Part shown: piece by piece, positions 1-9,474 of the stretch | How the letters are laid out: the number at the start of each line of letters is the position of its first letter | How positions within the stretch are numbered: position 1 is the first letter of the stretch | Assembly (NCBI GenBank): GCA_964477575.1 | Contig: CAYZEA010000014.1 | Coordinates: 12,520-76,519 of the forward strand | Direction: 5' to 3' | Length of the DNA stretch: 64,000 bases | Origin: an uncultured Methyloversatilis sp. | GTDB taxonomy: Bacteria > Pseudomonadota > Gammaproteobacteria > Burkholderiales > Rhodocyclaceae | Notes under the pieces: model-generated | The model's input: the letters and a program-made list of their open reading frames with translations, nothing else | The model's database searches: none | Told to the model about the DNA's origin: nothing | Position numbers and translations under genes: made by a program

Positions 1-1305
1 CGCGGCGCGTACCTTGGTGAGGTCAGGCAGCGATTGCGCCGGGTTGGTGCAGGCGATCCAGATTGCCTTGACGCTGCCGTCGGCGAGTGCGTCGAATAGC
101 TCGACGGCGGTCTTGCCGGGCTTTTCCGGCAGGGCGGAGATGTTCCAGAGCTGCGCGAGTTCGGCACGATCGGCCGGATCGGCGAGGTTGCGGTGGCCCG
201 GCAGCAGGTTGGCCATGGTGCCGGTTTCGCGCCCGCCCATCGCATTGGGCTGGCCGGTAAGCGAGAAGGGGCCCATGCCGGGTTTGCCAATTTTCCCGGT
301 GGCGAGGTGCAGGTGGATCAGCGCGGCGCCGTTGGCGGTGCCATGGATCGACTGGTTGAGACCCTGACACCAGAAAGAGAGCGGAGCTTTCGCGTTACCG
401 AATAGGCGTGCGGCGGCGATGATTTCTTCCGCTTTCAGCCCGCAGGCGGCGGCGACGGCGCCGGGGGTGAATTCGGCCAGTTGCGCGCGCAGTGCGTCGA
501 AGCCACTGGTATGCGCGGCGATGAAGGCGTGATCGGTTAGGCCCTCCCAGAGCAGCACATGGAGCATGGCCGAATAGAGCAGCGTGTCGGAACCCGGCGC
601 GATGGCGAGGTGCAGGTCGGCACTGGCGGCAGTATCGGTGCGGCGCGGGTCGACGACGATCAGCTTGAGATCGGGATTCTTCTCGCGTGCGGCTTCGATG
701 CGGCGAAAGACGATGGGGTGCGCGAACGCGGTGTTCGAACCGGCGATCAGCATCAGGTCCGCGAGGTCGATGTCCTCGTAGGAGCACGGCACGGCGTCGC
801 TACCCAGCGTGGCCTTGTAGGCGGCAACGGCCGAGGACATGCACAGGCGCGAGTTGGAGTCGATGTTGTTGGTGCCGACCAGCGCGCGCGCCAGCTTGTT
901 GAAAACGTAGTAGTCCTCGGTCAGCAACTGGCCGGAGACGTAGAAGGCAACGGCATCCGGCCCGTGTTCGGCGATGATGCGCGCAAAGCGCTCGGCGGCC
1001 ACGTCCAGCGCATAGTCCCAGGAAACAGGTAACGATTGCGCTGGCAGGACGCCGCGTCCTGTATTGCTCTCGCGCAGGACCGGCACGGTGGCCCGACCAG
1101 TCTGTACAGCGGCCAGATGTAGGGTGTTGCCCTTGGAGCAGAGCCGGCCGTAGTTGGCCGGATGCTCCGGGTCACCCCGCACGCCAATCAGGCGTGTGCC
1201 CCCACCTTCGCCAATGATGCGCTCGCCGGCCGACTGGATGATGACGCCGCAGCCGACGCCGCAGTAGCAGCAGATGCTGCGGGTTTCGGTTACAGAGCGA
1301 TCCAC
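1..1305 (-). CDS. nasA: Assimilatory nitrate reductase catalytic subunit, 5' part (runs off the window start)
   Basis: Manual translation from GTG at 1305: [70 protein letters not shown] (4Fe-4S and Mo-bisPGD motifs). Absent from the ORF track because there is no stop in the window; start overlaps the nirD end. Confidence 0.92.
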   Translation of the reverse strand, partial: MDRSVTETRSICCYCGVGCGVIIQSAGERIIGEGGGTRLIGVRGDPEHPANYGRLCSKGNTLHLAAVQTGRATVPVLRESNTGRGVLPAQSLPVSWDYALDVAAERFARIIAEHGPDAVAFYVSGQLLTEDYYVFNKLARALVGTNNIDSNSRLCMSSAVAAYKATLGSDAVPCSYEDIDLADLMLIAGSNTAFAHPIVFRRIEAAREKNPDLKLIVVDPRRTDTAASADLHLAIAPGSDTLLYSAMLHVLLWEGLTDHAFIAAHTSGFDALRAQLAEFTPGAVAAACGLKAEEIIAAARLFGNAKAPLSFWCQGLNQSIHGTANGAALIHLHLATGKIGKPGMGPFSLTGQPNAMGGRETGTMANLLPGHRNLADPADRAELAQLWNISALPEKPGKTAVELFDALADGSVKAIWIACTNPAQSLPDLTKVRAA

Positions 1306-1598
1306 ACCAGCCCGCCTTCGACCTTGGCCGGATAGGTTTTGGCGCAGCCCTTGTCGGGTGCGACGGCCTCGCCGTTCTCGAACTGGATCTTCCACGAGTG
1401 CATCGGGCAGGTAACGACCTTGCCGGCCACCAGGCCCTGCGAGAGCTGGCCGCCCTTGTGCGGGCAGCGGTCGCGCAGGGCGAAGACTTCGTCGTCCGCC
1501 GTGCGGAAGACGGCGATCATGCCGCTCTCGGACTTCACCTGGCGGCTGCCGAGGCGGGGGATTTCATCCAGGGCACAGAGTTTTTTCCAGTCGGCCAT
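1290..1598 (-). CDS. nirD: Nitrite reductase small subunit (Rieske-like)
   Basis: CPHKGGQLSQG...CPMH motifs; directly downstream of nirB. Confidence 0.93.
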   Translation of the reverse strand: MADWKKLCALDEIPRLGSRQVKSESGMIAVFRTADDEVFALRDRCPHKGGQLSQGLVAGKVVTCPMHSWKIQFENGEAVAPDKGCAKTYPAKVEGGLVWIAL

Positions 1599-4055
1599 TT
1601 AGTTCATCTCCAAAGCAACATATTCGGGCGCGCGCGTCGACACGGCATTCGCCCACGGGTCTTCGTAGCCTTGCAAGGTGTAGAGCAGGCGCTCGTAGAG
1701 TTCCTGGCGGCGGGCGGCATCGTCGACCACGATCTTCTTGACAGTGTCGAGGCCGACGCGGGCAACGTAGTGGCAGGTGCGTTCGAGGTAGTAGGCTTCT
1801 TCGCGATACAACTGGAGGAAGGCGCCGGAATACTCCATCACCTCCTCGTCCGATTTCACCTTGCAGAAGAAGTGCGCCACCTCGGTCTTGATGCCGCCGT
1901 TGCCGGCGACGTAAAGCTCATAACCCGAGTCGACGCCGATGATGCCCACATCCTTGATGCCGGCCTCGGCGCAGTTGCGCGGGCAGCCGCTGACGGCGAG
2001 CTTCACTTTATGCGGCGCCCACATGCCGAACAACATCTTCTCCAGCTTGACGCCCATGCTCATCGACAACTGCGTGCCGAAGCGGCAGTGTTCTGCGCCG
2101 ACGCAGGTCTTCACGGTACGGATCGACTTGCCGTAGGCGTGGCCCGATACCAAGCCGGCCTTGCCGAGGTCTTCCCAGACCCTGGGCAGGTCGCCCTTCT
2201 TGATGCCGAGCAGGTCGATGCGTGCACCGCCGGTCATCTTGACGGTGGGAATCGCGTACTTCTCAGCCACGTCGGCGATGCTGCGCAACTCGGCCGGGGT
2301 GGTGAGGCCGGCCCACATGCGCGGCACGACGCTGAAGGTGCCGTCGCGCTGGATGTTGGCGTGGGCGCGTTCGTTGATGAAGCGCGATTGGGGATCGTCC
2401 TCGGCTTCCTTCGGCCAGGAAGAGATCAGGTAATAGTTGAGCGCCGGGCGGCAGGTGGCGCAACCGTTGGGCGTCTTCCAGCCCAGCGCCTGCATGACAG
2501 CGGGAATGGAGAGCAACTTCTGCTCGCGAATCGCTGCGCGCACGACGCCATGACCATGCTCGGTGCAGCCGCACACCGGCTTGTCCTGGGCGGTGGTGGG
2601 CTGGTAGGCACCGCCGACGGTGGAGGCGAGAATCTGTTCGACCAGGCCGGTGCAGCTGCCGCAGGAACTGGAGGCCTTGGTGTGCTTGCGCACATCCTCC
2701 AGTGTAAAGAGACCGTGTTCGTTGATGGCCTTGACGATATCGCCCTTGCACACGCCATTACAGCCGCAGACCTCGGCCGTGTCGGGCAGCGCGGCAGCCT
2801 GATTCTGGCCGGCATGCCCCACGTCGCCGACATGGTGTGAGCCGAACATCAGGTGGTCGCGAATCTCGGCGATGTTCTGCTTGTCCTTGAGCAACTGGAA
2901 ATACCAGGCGCCATCGCCGGTGTCGCCGTACATCACGGCGCCCACCAGCAAATCGCCCTGGATGACGAGTTTCTTGTAGACGCCGCCGGACGGGTCGGAC
3001 AATACGATCTCTTCCATCCCCGCGCCGCCCATGAAATCGCCGGCCGAGAACACGTCGATGCCGGTGACCTTGAGTTTGGTCGAAGTGACCGAACCGGTGT
3101 ACAGGCCGTCACCCAAGCCCGCGAGGTGGTTGGCGCAAACCTTGGCCTGCTCGAACAGCGGTGCCACCAAACCATACGCGATGCCACGGTGCGCGACGCA
3201 TTCGCCAACGGCATAAACCTTCGGGTCGGCGGTTTGCAGCGTGTCGTCGGCGACGATCCCCCGTTCGCAGTGGATGCCGGCGTTTTCCGCCAGCGTGGCG
3301 TTCGGGCGGATACCGACGGCCATCACGACAAGGTCGGCGGGGATGCTGCTGCCGTCCTTGAAGCGGATCGCAGCGACACGGCCACTTTCTCCCGCCACGA
3401 GTTCGCTCGTCTGCGTGCCGAGCAGGAATTTGAGTCCCTTGGCTTCCAGCGATTGTTGCAACAGGTCGGCGGCGGTCTTGTCGAGTTGGCGCTCCATGAT
3501 CCAGTCGGCCAGATGCACGACGGTGACGTCCATGCCACGCAGCTTGAGTCCATTGGCGGCTTCGAGACCGAGCAGGCCGGCGCCGATCACCACGGCGTGG
3601 CTGTGATGCTTGGCCGCATCGATCATCGCCTCGGTGTCGGCAATGTCGCGATAGGCGATCACGCCGGGCAAATCCTTGCCCGGTACCGGCAGGATGAAGG
3701 GCAGAGAGCCAGTCGCCAGCAGCAGGCGGTCGTAATGGGCTGTGACGCGCGACTCCGCATCGCCTTCGGTGGTGACTGTCTGAGCCTTGCGATCGATCTT
3801 CACAACCTGCTTGCCGGTATGCAGCGTAATGCCGTTGTCGCGATACCAGGCCAGGTCGTTGAGCACGATGTCATCGAATTGGGTTTCGCCCGCCAGCACC
3901 GGCGAGAGCATGATGCGGTTGTAGTTCGGGTGCGGCTCGGCGCCGAACACCGTGATGTCGTACTTCTCCGGTGCGAGCTTGAGCAGTTCCTCGAGAGTGC
4001 GGCAGCCGGCCATGCCGTTACCGACCATTACCAGTTTTTGTTTTTTCATGGACAT
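1599..4055 (-). CDS. nirB: NAD(P)H nitrite reductase large subunit
   Basis: GNGMAG FAD site, GAGLLGLEAA, BFD-type CGCNGV/CGSC, siroheme KTCVG..C and SGCPRNC. Confidence 0.96.
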   Translation of the reverse strand: MSMKKQKLVMVGNGMAGCRTLEELLKLAPEKYDITVFGAEPHPNYNRIMLSPVLAGETQFDDIVLNDLAWYRDNGITLHTGKQVVKIDRKAQTVTTEGDAESRVTAHYDRLLLATGSLPFILPVPGKDLPGVIAYRDIADTEAMIDAAKHHSHAVVIGAGLLGLEAANGLKLRGMDVTVVHLADWIMERQLDKTAADLLQQSLEAKGLKFLLGTQTSELVAGESGRVAAIRFKDGSSIPADLVVMAVGIRPNATLAENAGIHCERGIVADDTLQTADPKVYAVGECVAHRGIAYGLVAPLFEQAKVCANHLAGLGDGLYTGSVTSTKLKVTGIDVFSAGDFMGGAGMEEIVLSDPSGGVYKKLVIQGDLLVGAVMYGDTGDGAWYFQLLKDKQNIAEIRDHLMFGSHHVGDVGHAGQNQAAALPDTAEVCGCNGVCKGDIVKAINEHGLFTLEDVRKHTKASSSCGSCTGLVEQILASTVGGAYQPTTAQDKPVCGCTEHGHGVVRAAIREQKLLSIPAVMQALGWKTPNGCATCRPALNYYLISSWPKEAEDDPQSRFINERAHANIQRDGTFSVVPRMWAGLTTPAELRSIADVAEKYAIPTVKMTGGARIDLLGIKKGDLPRVWEDLGKAGLVSGHAYGKSIRTVKTCVGAEHCRFGTQLSMSMGVKLEKMLFGMWAPHKVKLAVSGCPRNCAEAGIKDVGIIGVDSGYELYVAGNGGIKTEVAHFFCKVKSDEEVMEYSGAFLQLYREEAYYLERTCHYVARVGLDTVKKIVVDDAARRQELYERLLYTLQGYEDPWANAVSTRAPEYVALEMN

Positions 4056-4059
4056 ATCC

Positions 4060-4860
4060 TTAAGCGGCGAGCGGGTGCGATTGCTTGGCGTAGAGGAACT
4101 CGATCACCGCCGAGCGGTAATCCATGTACTGCGGATCATGGGCCAAACTCAGACGTGCGCGCGGCCGTGGCAGGTCGACATGCAGAATTTCGCCGATGGT
4201 GGCCGCCGGGCCGTTGGTCATCATCACGATGCGGTCGGAAAGCAGCACCGCCTCGTCGACATCGTGCGTGACCATCACCGTGGTGGCCTTGGTCACGTCG
4301 CAGATTTTCATCAGCTCGTCCTGCAGGCGGGCGCGGGTGAGGGCATCGAGGGCGCCGAAAGGTTCGTCCATCAGCAGCACCTTGGGTTCCATCGCCAGCG
4401 CGCGGGCGATGCCGACGCGCTGCTTCATGCCACCCGAGATTTCGCCCGGGTACTTGTGGATGGCGTGGGCGAGGCCAACCATCTCAAGCACCTTGGTGGT
4501 GCGTTCCTTCAACTGGGCTTTCGGCTCGTTGGCAGCAAACACGCGTTCGACCGCCAGATAGACGTTCTCAAAGCAACTCAGCCAGGGCAGCAGCGAGTGG
4601 TTCTGAAACACCACCGCACGTTCCGGGCCGGGGCCGGCGATCTCGCGGTTGGCGCAGAGCATCGCGCCGGTGGTCGGCAGCGTTAGCCCGGCGATGAGGT
4701 TGAGCAGCGTCGATTTGCCGCAACCCGAGTGGCCGATCAGCGAGACGAACTCACCCTGCTTGATGTTGAGGTTGATGTCCTTGAGGGCGACGAACTTGCC
4801 CTTCTTGGTGTCGAAGCTCATGCCGACTTGTTCGATCTGGACGAATTTTTCTAGGTTCAT
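4060..4860 (-). CDS. nasD: Nitrate/nitrite ABC transporter ATP-binding protein
   Basis: GHSGCGKST, ISGGMKQRV, DEPFGALD; operon context. Confidence 0.9.
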   Translation of the reverse strand: MNLEKFVQIEQVGMSFDTKKGKFVALKDINLNIKQGEFVSLIGHSGCGKSTLLNLIAGLTLPTTGAMLCANREIAGPGPERAVVFQNHSLLPWLSCFENVYLAVERVFAANEPKAQLKERTTKVLEMVGLAHAIHKYPGEISGGMKQRVGIARALAMEPKVLLMDEPFGALDALTRARLQDELMKICDVTKATTVMVTHDVDEAVLLSDRIVMMTNGPAATIGEILHVDLPRPRARLSLAHDPQYMDYRSAVIEFLYAKQSHPLAA

Positions 4861-4861
4861 G

Positions 4862-5752
4862 TCAGGACTCCATGCGCAATTGCTTGGCCAGCAAAAGCAG
4901 CGATTGTTCGAGGATCAGGCCGACGATGCCAATGACGAAGATGGCGATGATGATGTGCTCGACCTTGAGGTTGTTCCACTCGTCCCACACCCAGAAGCCG
5001 ATGCCGACGCCGCCGGTAAGCATCTCGGCCGCGACGATGACCAGCCACGCCGTGCCGATCGAGAGACGAATGCCGGTGAGCATGTAGGGCAGCACGCTCG
5101 GGAAGAGGATCTTGGTGACGATCTTCCACTCGGACAGGTTGAGCACGCGCGCCACGTTGAGGTAGTCCTGCGGTACGCGCATGACGCCCTGGGCGGTGTT
5201 CATGATCATCGGCCAGATCGAGCAGATGAAGATCGTCCAGATGGCCGCCGGATCGGCCTTCTGGAACACCAGCAGGCCGATCGGCAACCAGGCCAGCGGG
5301 GACACCGGCCGCAGCAGGCTGATGATCGGGTTGATCATGCCGGCCATCGTCGCGAAGCGGCCGAGGATGAAGCCGGCCGGGATGCCGACCAGTGCCGCGA
5401 TGCCGAAGCCGATGGCGACGCGCTGCAGCGAGGAGAGGATGTTCCAGCCGATGCCCTGATCGTTCGGCCCGTTGCTGTAGAACGGGTCGGAGAACAGGAC
5501 GACGGCCGCATTCCAGGTCTTGCCCGGTGTCGGGATGCTGCCGCCGTTCATCGTCGCCAGGTGCCAGATGCCGATCAGCAGTACCATGCCCATGAGGGGC
5601 GGCAGGATGACGCCGAGCAGGGCACGCATGGCGGCGGCATCGGTCTCGGTGCTGGTGGGGCCGGTGAGCTTTGACGCTGCGGGCGGTGGCGGTACCTTCA
5701 GTGCCGTCTCGCCAGCGCCGACTTTTACCGCATCGACTGTGACTGCCGTCAT
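4862..5752 (-). CDS. nasE: Nitrate/nitrite ABC transporter permease (NrtB type)
   Basis: DPFY.NGPNDQGIGW, LRPVSPLAWLP, WLVIVAAEM. Confidence 0.92.
   Translation of the reverse strand: MTAVTVDAVKVGAGETALKVPPPPAASKLTGPTSTETDAAAMRALLGVILPPLMGMVLLIGIWHLATMNGGSIPTPGKTWNAAVVLFSDPFYSNGPNDQGIGWNILSSLQRVAIGFGIAALVGIPAGFILGRFATMAGMINPIISLLRPVSPLAWLPIGLLVFQKADPAAIWTIFICSIWPMIMNTAQGVMRVPQDYLNVARVLNLSEWKIVTKILFPSVLPYMLTGIRLSIGTAWLVIVAAEMLTGGVGIGFWVWDEWNNLKVEHIIIAIFVIGIVGLILEQSLLLLAKQLRMES
5703..5726 (+). repeat. 24-bp dispersed motif, copy 1 (in nasE, reads KVGAGETA)
   Basis: GCCGTCTCGCCAGCGCCGACTTTT. Confidence 0.95.
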
Positions 5753-5762
5753 GACGTTCTCC

Positions 5763-7028
5763 TTAGGCCTTGATCTTGAAGCCGTCGGCGTACTTGGCGG
5801 GGTCCTTGCCGTTCCAGACCACGCCGTCGATCAGCTTCGATTCGCGCATATCGCTCTTCGGCAGCGGCACCTTGAGTTGGCTGGCCGCTTCCTTGTAGAG
5901 CGCGGTCTGGTTGACCTTTTTCGCCACGGCGAGATAGTCCGGGTGGTCTTTCAGCAGACCCCAGCGCTTGTGCTGGGTCATGAACCACATGCCGTCGGAG
6001 AGGTAGGGGAAGTTCACCGCGCCGTCATTGTAGAACTTCATATGGTTCTTGTCGGACCAGCTCTTGCCGAGGCCGTTTTCGTACTGGCCGATCATGCGGC
6101 TGCGGATCACCTCGACATCGGTGTTCACGTAGGCCTTGGCGGCGATGGTCTCCGCCGTCTTGCTGCGGTTGGCGGCGGAGGCGTCGATCCACATCGAGGC
6201 TTCCAGTACCGCCATGATGACCGCCCGCGCCGTGTTCGGATGCTTGGCGACCCATTCCGCCGTCGTGCCGACAACCTTTTCCGGGTGGTCGGTCCAGATG
6301 TCCTGCGACGTGGCGGCAGAGAAACCGATCTTGTCGATGATGGCGCGCTGGTTCCAGGGTTCGCCGACGCAGAAGCCATCCATGTTGCCGACGCGCATAT
6401 TGGCCACCATCTGCGGCGGCGGCACGACAATGGTCTTGACGTCCTTGAAGGGATTGATGCCGTGCGCCGCGAGCCAGTAGTAGAGCCACATCGCGTGCGT
6501 GCCGGTCGGGAAGGTCTGGGCGAAAGTGTATTCGCGCTCCTTCTTCGCCACCAGCGCGGCCAGCGAGGCGCCGTCGGTCACGCCCTTGTCCTTGAGCTGG
6601 TTGGAGAGCGTGATGCCCTGGCCGTTGTTGTTGATCGTCATCAGCGAGGCCATGTCCTTCTTCGGGCCGCCGATACCGAGCTGCACGCCGTAGATCAGGC
6701 CGTAGAGTACGTGGGCGGCATCGAGTTCGCCATTCACCAGCTTGTCGCGCACGCCGGCCCAACTCGCTTCCTTGGTCGGCACAATCTTGATGCCGTACTT
6801 CTTGTCGAAGCCCATCACCGAGGCCATGACGACCGAGGCGCAGTCGGTGAGCGGGATGAAGCCGATGCGGACTTCCTCTTTTTCCGGTTTGTCGGAGCCG
6901 GCGGCCCAGACGTGGGGGATCGTACTCATGAGCGCTGCTCCGGCTGTAAGGGTGAGACCCTTGCGCAGGAAGTCGCGGCGTGTTGTTTCGGCAGGGGCTG
7001 GGGCAGGGGCGATATTTTCATGATTCAT
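5763..7028 (-). CDS. nasF: Nitrate ABC transporter substrate-binding protein (NrtA/CmpA family), Tat signal
   Basis: TRRDFL Tat motif; GFIPLTDCA, TFPTGTH, GFCVGEPW, DHPEK. Confidence 0.92.
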   Translation of the reverse strand: MNHENIAPAPAPAETTRRDFLRKGLTLTAGAALMSTIPHVWAAGSDKPEKEEVRIGFIPLTDCASVVMASVMGFDKKYGIKIVPTKEASWAGVRDKLVNGELDAAHVLYGLIYGVQLGIGGPKKDMASLMTINNNGQGITLSNQLKDKGVTDGASLAALVAKKEREYTFAQTFPTGTHAMWLYYWLAAHGINPFKDVKTIVVPPPQMVANMRVGNMDGFCVGEPWNQRAIIDKIGFSAATSQDIWTDHPEKVVGTTAEWVAKHPNTARAVIMAVLEASMWIDASAANRSKTAETIAAKAYVNTDVEVIRSRMIGQYENGLGKSWSDKNHMKFYNDGAVNFPYLSDGMWFMTQHKRWGLLKDHPDYLAVAKKVNQTALYKEAASQLKVPLPKSDMRESKLIDGVVWNGKDPAKYADGFKIKA

Positions 7029-7060
7029 CTCGATCTCCAGGGTGACAAACTCGGGACAAT

Positions 7061-7142
7061 AAAAAACGGCGTCGATCGCTCGCCACAGGGGGCTTGCAAT
7101 CAGACGCCGTTGTCTGGTGGGTCGAACCGCCGTTGGTTCGAC
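7061..7142 (-). promoter_or_regulatory. ANTAR (NasT) antitermination leader: dual hairpin plus overlapping intrinsic terminator
   Basis: Minus strand: GTCGAAC-C[AACGGC]G-GTTCGAC (7142-7121) and CAGAC[AACGGC]GTCTG (7116-7101), both with A1/G4 hexaloops. The second hairpin alternatively pairs with GACGCCGTT followed by a T run (to 7061). Confidence 0.9.
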
Positions 7143-7157
7143 ACTTGGTTGCTATTC

Positions 7158-7173
7158 AGCAACGAGCGTGCCA
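7158..7173 (-). promoter_or_regulatory. sigma54 -24/-12 promoter of the nasF operon
   Basis: TGGCAC-GCTCG-TTGCT matches consensus TGGCAC-N5-TTGCW. Confidence 0.9.
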
Positions 7174-7221
7174 GTACGCTCTAAAAATATAGGATGACTT
7201 ATGGATCAGTGGCTTGTAACG

Positions 7222-7245
7222 AAAAGTCGGTGCTGGCGGGACGGC
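7222..7245 (-). repeat. 24-bp motif, copy 2 (intergenic)
   Basis: Reverse complement GCCGTCCCGCCAGCACCGACTTTT. Confidence 0.95.
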
Positions 7246-7273
7246 ATGACGCGGAACTGGGTGGTTCGTTAGG

Positions 7274-7321
7274 CGCACTGATGGTGTGCGCTGCATACCC
7301 ATACCGCACTGCGCTGGTGCG
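7274..7321. promoter_or_regulatory. Pair of NtrC-type enhancer sites
   Basis: cGCAC-tgatggt-GTGCg (7274-7290) and cGCAC-tgcgctg-GTGCg (7305-7321), 31 bp apart, 100-150 bp upstream of the sigma54 site. Confidence 0.75.
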
Positions 7322-7897
7322 TTATAGCAGCAGCTGCGCCATGTCCACCACGTTGGCCGCGATCTCTCCCATGGATTTCGAACGCTCCATGGCCAGCTTG
7401 CGCAGGGCGGCATAGGCGGCATCTTCATCGAGGCCGCGCGACTTCATCAGGATGCCCTTGGCCTTCTCGATGGTCTTGCGTTCGGAGAGTTTGCGGCTGG
7501 CCTCGGCCAGTTCCTGTTTAAGCAATTGATGTTCTTCGAAACGCGCGATGGCGACATCAACGATGGGCTTGAGGCGGTCGATTTCAAAGCCGTCGACCAC
7601 GTAAGCCGCCACGCCAGCCTTGACGGCAGAACGGATCGTCTCACTGTCGCCGTCGTTGGAAAACATCACCACCGGACGCGGCATGGTCTGGTTCATCACG
7701 CCGATATGCTCCAGCGTGTCGCGCGAGGGTGACTCGGTCTCGATCAGAATGATGTCCGGCTTGATCTCCTGAATGCGCTCGCTTAGCTCAAATGCCGAGG
7801 GCAAGACGGCGGCCACCTGATGGCCGGCCTTGATCAGTCCGGTACAGATTTCGACGGCACGGTGCTGGGATTCGTCAATGACGAGAATATTGGCCAT
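7322..7897 (-). CDS. nasT: ANTAR-domain response regulator NasT
   Basis: Likely start MANILVIDES at 7897 (track ORF over-extends into napC); pseudo-receiver plus ANTAR motif ERKTIEKAKGILM..AY..LRKLAM. Confidence 0.9.
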   Translation of the reverse strand: MANILVIDESQHRAVEICTGLIKAGHQVAAVLPSAFELSERIQEIKPDIILIETESPSRDTLEHIGVMNQTMPRPVVMFSNDGDSETIRSAVKAGVAAYVVDGFEIDRLKPIVDVAIARFEEHQLLKQELAEASRKLSERKTIEKAKGILMKSRGLDEDAAYAALRKLAMERSKSMGEIAANVVDMAQLLL

Positions 7898-7907
7898 GCC
7901 TATGGTG

Positions 7908-7923
7908 AGCAACATATGCGCCA
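7908..7923 (-). promoter_or_regulatory. Putative sigma54 promoter of nasT
   Basis: TGGCGC-ATATG-TTGCT. Confidence 0.65.
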
Positions 7924-7956
7924 ACGGCCTGAAATGACCATTGGCGCATTGTGGTG

Positions 7957-8565
7957 TTACTCCTCTTCCTCTTCGGTTCCGGGCTTGCGATAGCCTTTGG
8001 GCAGCTTGTGGGCGATGCCCTGGTGACACTCGATGCAGGTCTGGCCGGCGGCCTTTGCCTCCATGTGCTTCTTGTAAGGCGTCTTCTTCTGCATTTCCGG
8101 GCTCATCGCATCGAAGTCGTGGCAGTTGCGGCACTCGATCGAGTTGGTGGCTTTCATGCGGGCCCACTCGCGTTCCGCCATGACCAGTCGATGCGCGTCG
8201 AATTTCTCCTTGGTGTCGACCACCCCGGTGATCTTGCCCCAGACTTCCTTGGAGGCCTGGATCTTGCGCACGATCTTGTGCGTCCAGTCCTTCGGAACGT
8301 GACAATCCGAACAGACGGCGCGTACGCCGGTGCGGTTGCTGTAGTGGATGGTGGTCTTGTACTCCTCGTACACGTTGTCCCGCATCTCATGGCAACCGAT
8401 GCAGAACCCCATCGTGTTGGTGGCTTCCATGCCGGTGTTGAAACCGCCCCAGAAGATGATGCCGCCAAAGAAGCCGACCACCAGAAGGCCAAGCAGCGAG
8501 TACTTTGCGCTTGGTCGCTTGAGTATGGCCCACCACCCGGATTTGTCGTTCTGCTCGTTTGTCAT
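7957..8565 (-). CDS. napC: NapC/NirT tetraheme cytochrome c
   Basis: N-terminal TM; four CxxCH (CIGCH, CSDCH, CRNCH, CIECH). Confidence 0.95.
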   Translation of the reverse strand: MTNEQNDKSGWWAILKRPSAKYSLLGLLVVGFFGGIIFWGGFNTGMEATNTMGFCIGCHEMRDNVYEEYKTTIHYSNRTGVRAVCSDCHVPKDWTHKIVRKIQASKEVWGKITGVVDTKEKFDAHRLVMAEREWARMKATNSIECRNCHDFDAMSPEMQKKTPYKKHMEAKAAGQTCIECHQGIAHKLPKGYRKPGTEEEEE

Positions 8566-8576
8566 GATCGTGCCAC

Positions 8577-8939
8577 TTACTTGGGCTGGATGGAGAGGAT
8601 GTACTCGGCCAGGTTCTTCAACTGGGCGACATCGTTGGCGGGCATGGTCTTGGCAACCTTGTGCTTCTCGGTCGTGCCGTCGGCCAGCTTGACCTCCTTG
8701 CCCGAGGTCATGTGCTTGACGAGCTCATCAACCGCGCCGGCCTTGCCCTTGTTCTTCTCGGCCGTCTTCATGAAGGAGGGGCCATCCTTGTCCTTGCGCA
8801 GGCCATGGCACTGCATGCAGTTGTTCTGCTCGGCGAGTCCCTTGGCGGCCTCAACATCGAGGGCCAGGGCGGCCGTGGAAAAGCCGCCAGCCGTCAAGGC
8901 CAGTGCTGCAGTGGAAACGAGTGCGGCGATTGATTTCAT
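8577..8939 (-). CDS. Small periplasmic monoheme cytochrome c (c551/c552-like)
   Basis: Signal peptide MKSIAALV..ALA, single CMQCH followed by GPSF; GGAG RBS before ATG at 8939. Confidence 0.85.
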   Translation of the reverse strand: MKSIAALVSTAALALTAGGFSTAALALDVEAAKGLAEQNNCMQCHGLRKDKDGPSFMKTAEKNKGKAGAVDELVKHMTSGKEVKLADGTTEKHKVAKTMPANDVAQLKNLAEYILSIQPK

Positions 8940-8969
8940 TTGAGTGATCTCCAACGGGTGTTAAAAAAA

Positions 8970-9443
8970 TTATTTGGTGACGCCGACGAACTTGCTGTCG
9001 ACCAATTCCTTGGCGTCAACCTGCGGCACATGACAGGTGTCGCACTGGAAACGGCTCATTTCCAGCGCCGGCTTGCCGGCCTTGGTCTTGGCGGTTTTCG
9101 AGAAGTGGCTCTCGCCGATCTGCGGAATCTTCTGGCCGCGGATTTCTGCGGTCTGGTGGCATTCCATGCAGGCGTTTTCCTCCATGGTCAGCGGCACATA
9201 CTTCTCGACGGTATGCGGCACCATCGGCGGCTGGCCGACAAAGGTGCGGGCAATCAACTGGGGCTGGCCGACACCGGGTACTTTTTCCACATATTCCCTG
9301 ACCGGCGGCGCACGGTCGGGTGCCGTGACATCCGCGCCGCGCATGGGGGTCGGGCCTGTCGTCGAGGCACAGCCGATAATGGAGGCGATCAGGGTCGCGA
9401 TGGCGAGGCTGGCAGTCTTTTTAGATAAACCTGCGGTTTTCAT
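8970..9443 (-). CDS. napB: Diheme cytochrome c subunit of periplasmic nitrate reductase
   Basis: QPPMVPH, CMECH, CDTCHVPQ; start MKTAG at 9443 after AGGAGGAG RBS. Confidence 0.92.
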   Translation of the reverse strand: MKTAGLSKKTASLAIATLIASIIGCASTTGPTPMRGADVTAPDRAPPVREYVEKVPGVGQPQLIARTFVGQPPMVPHTVEKYVPLTMEENACMECHQTAEIRGQKIPQIGESHFSKTAKTKAGKPALEMSRFQCDTCHVPQVDAKELVDSKFVGVTK

Positions 9444-9474
9444 GTGAGAACTCCTCCTAAGTAACTTACGTGGG

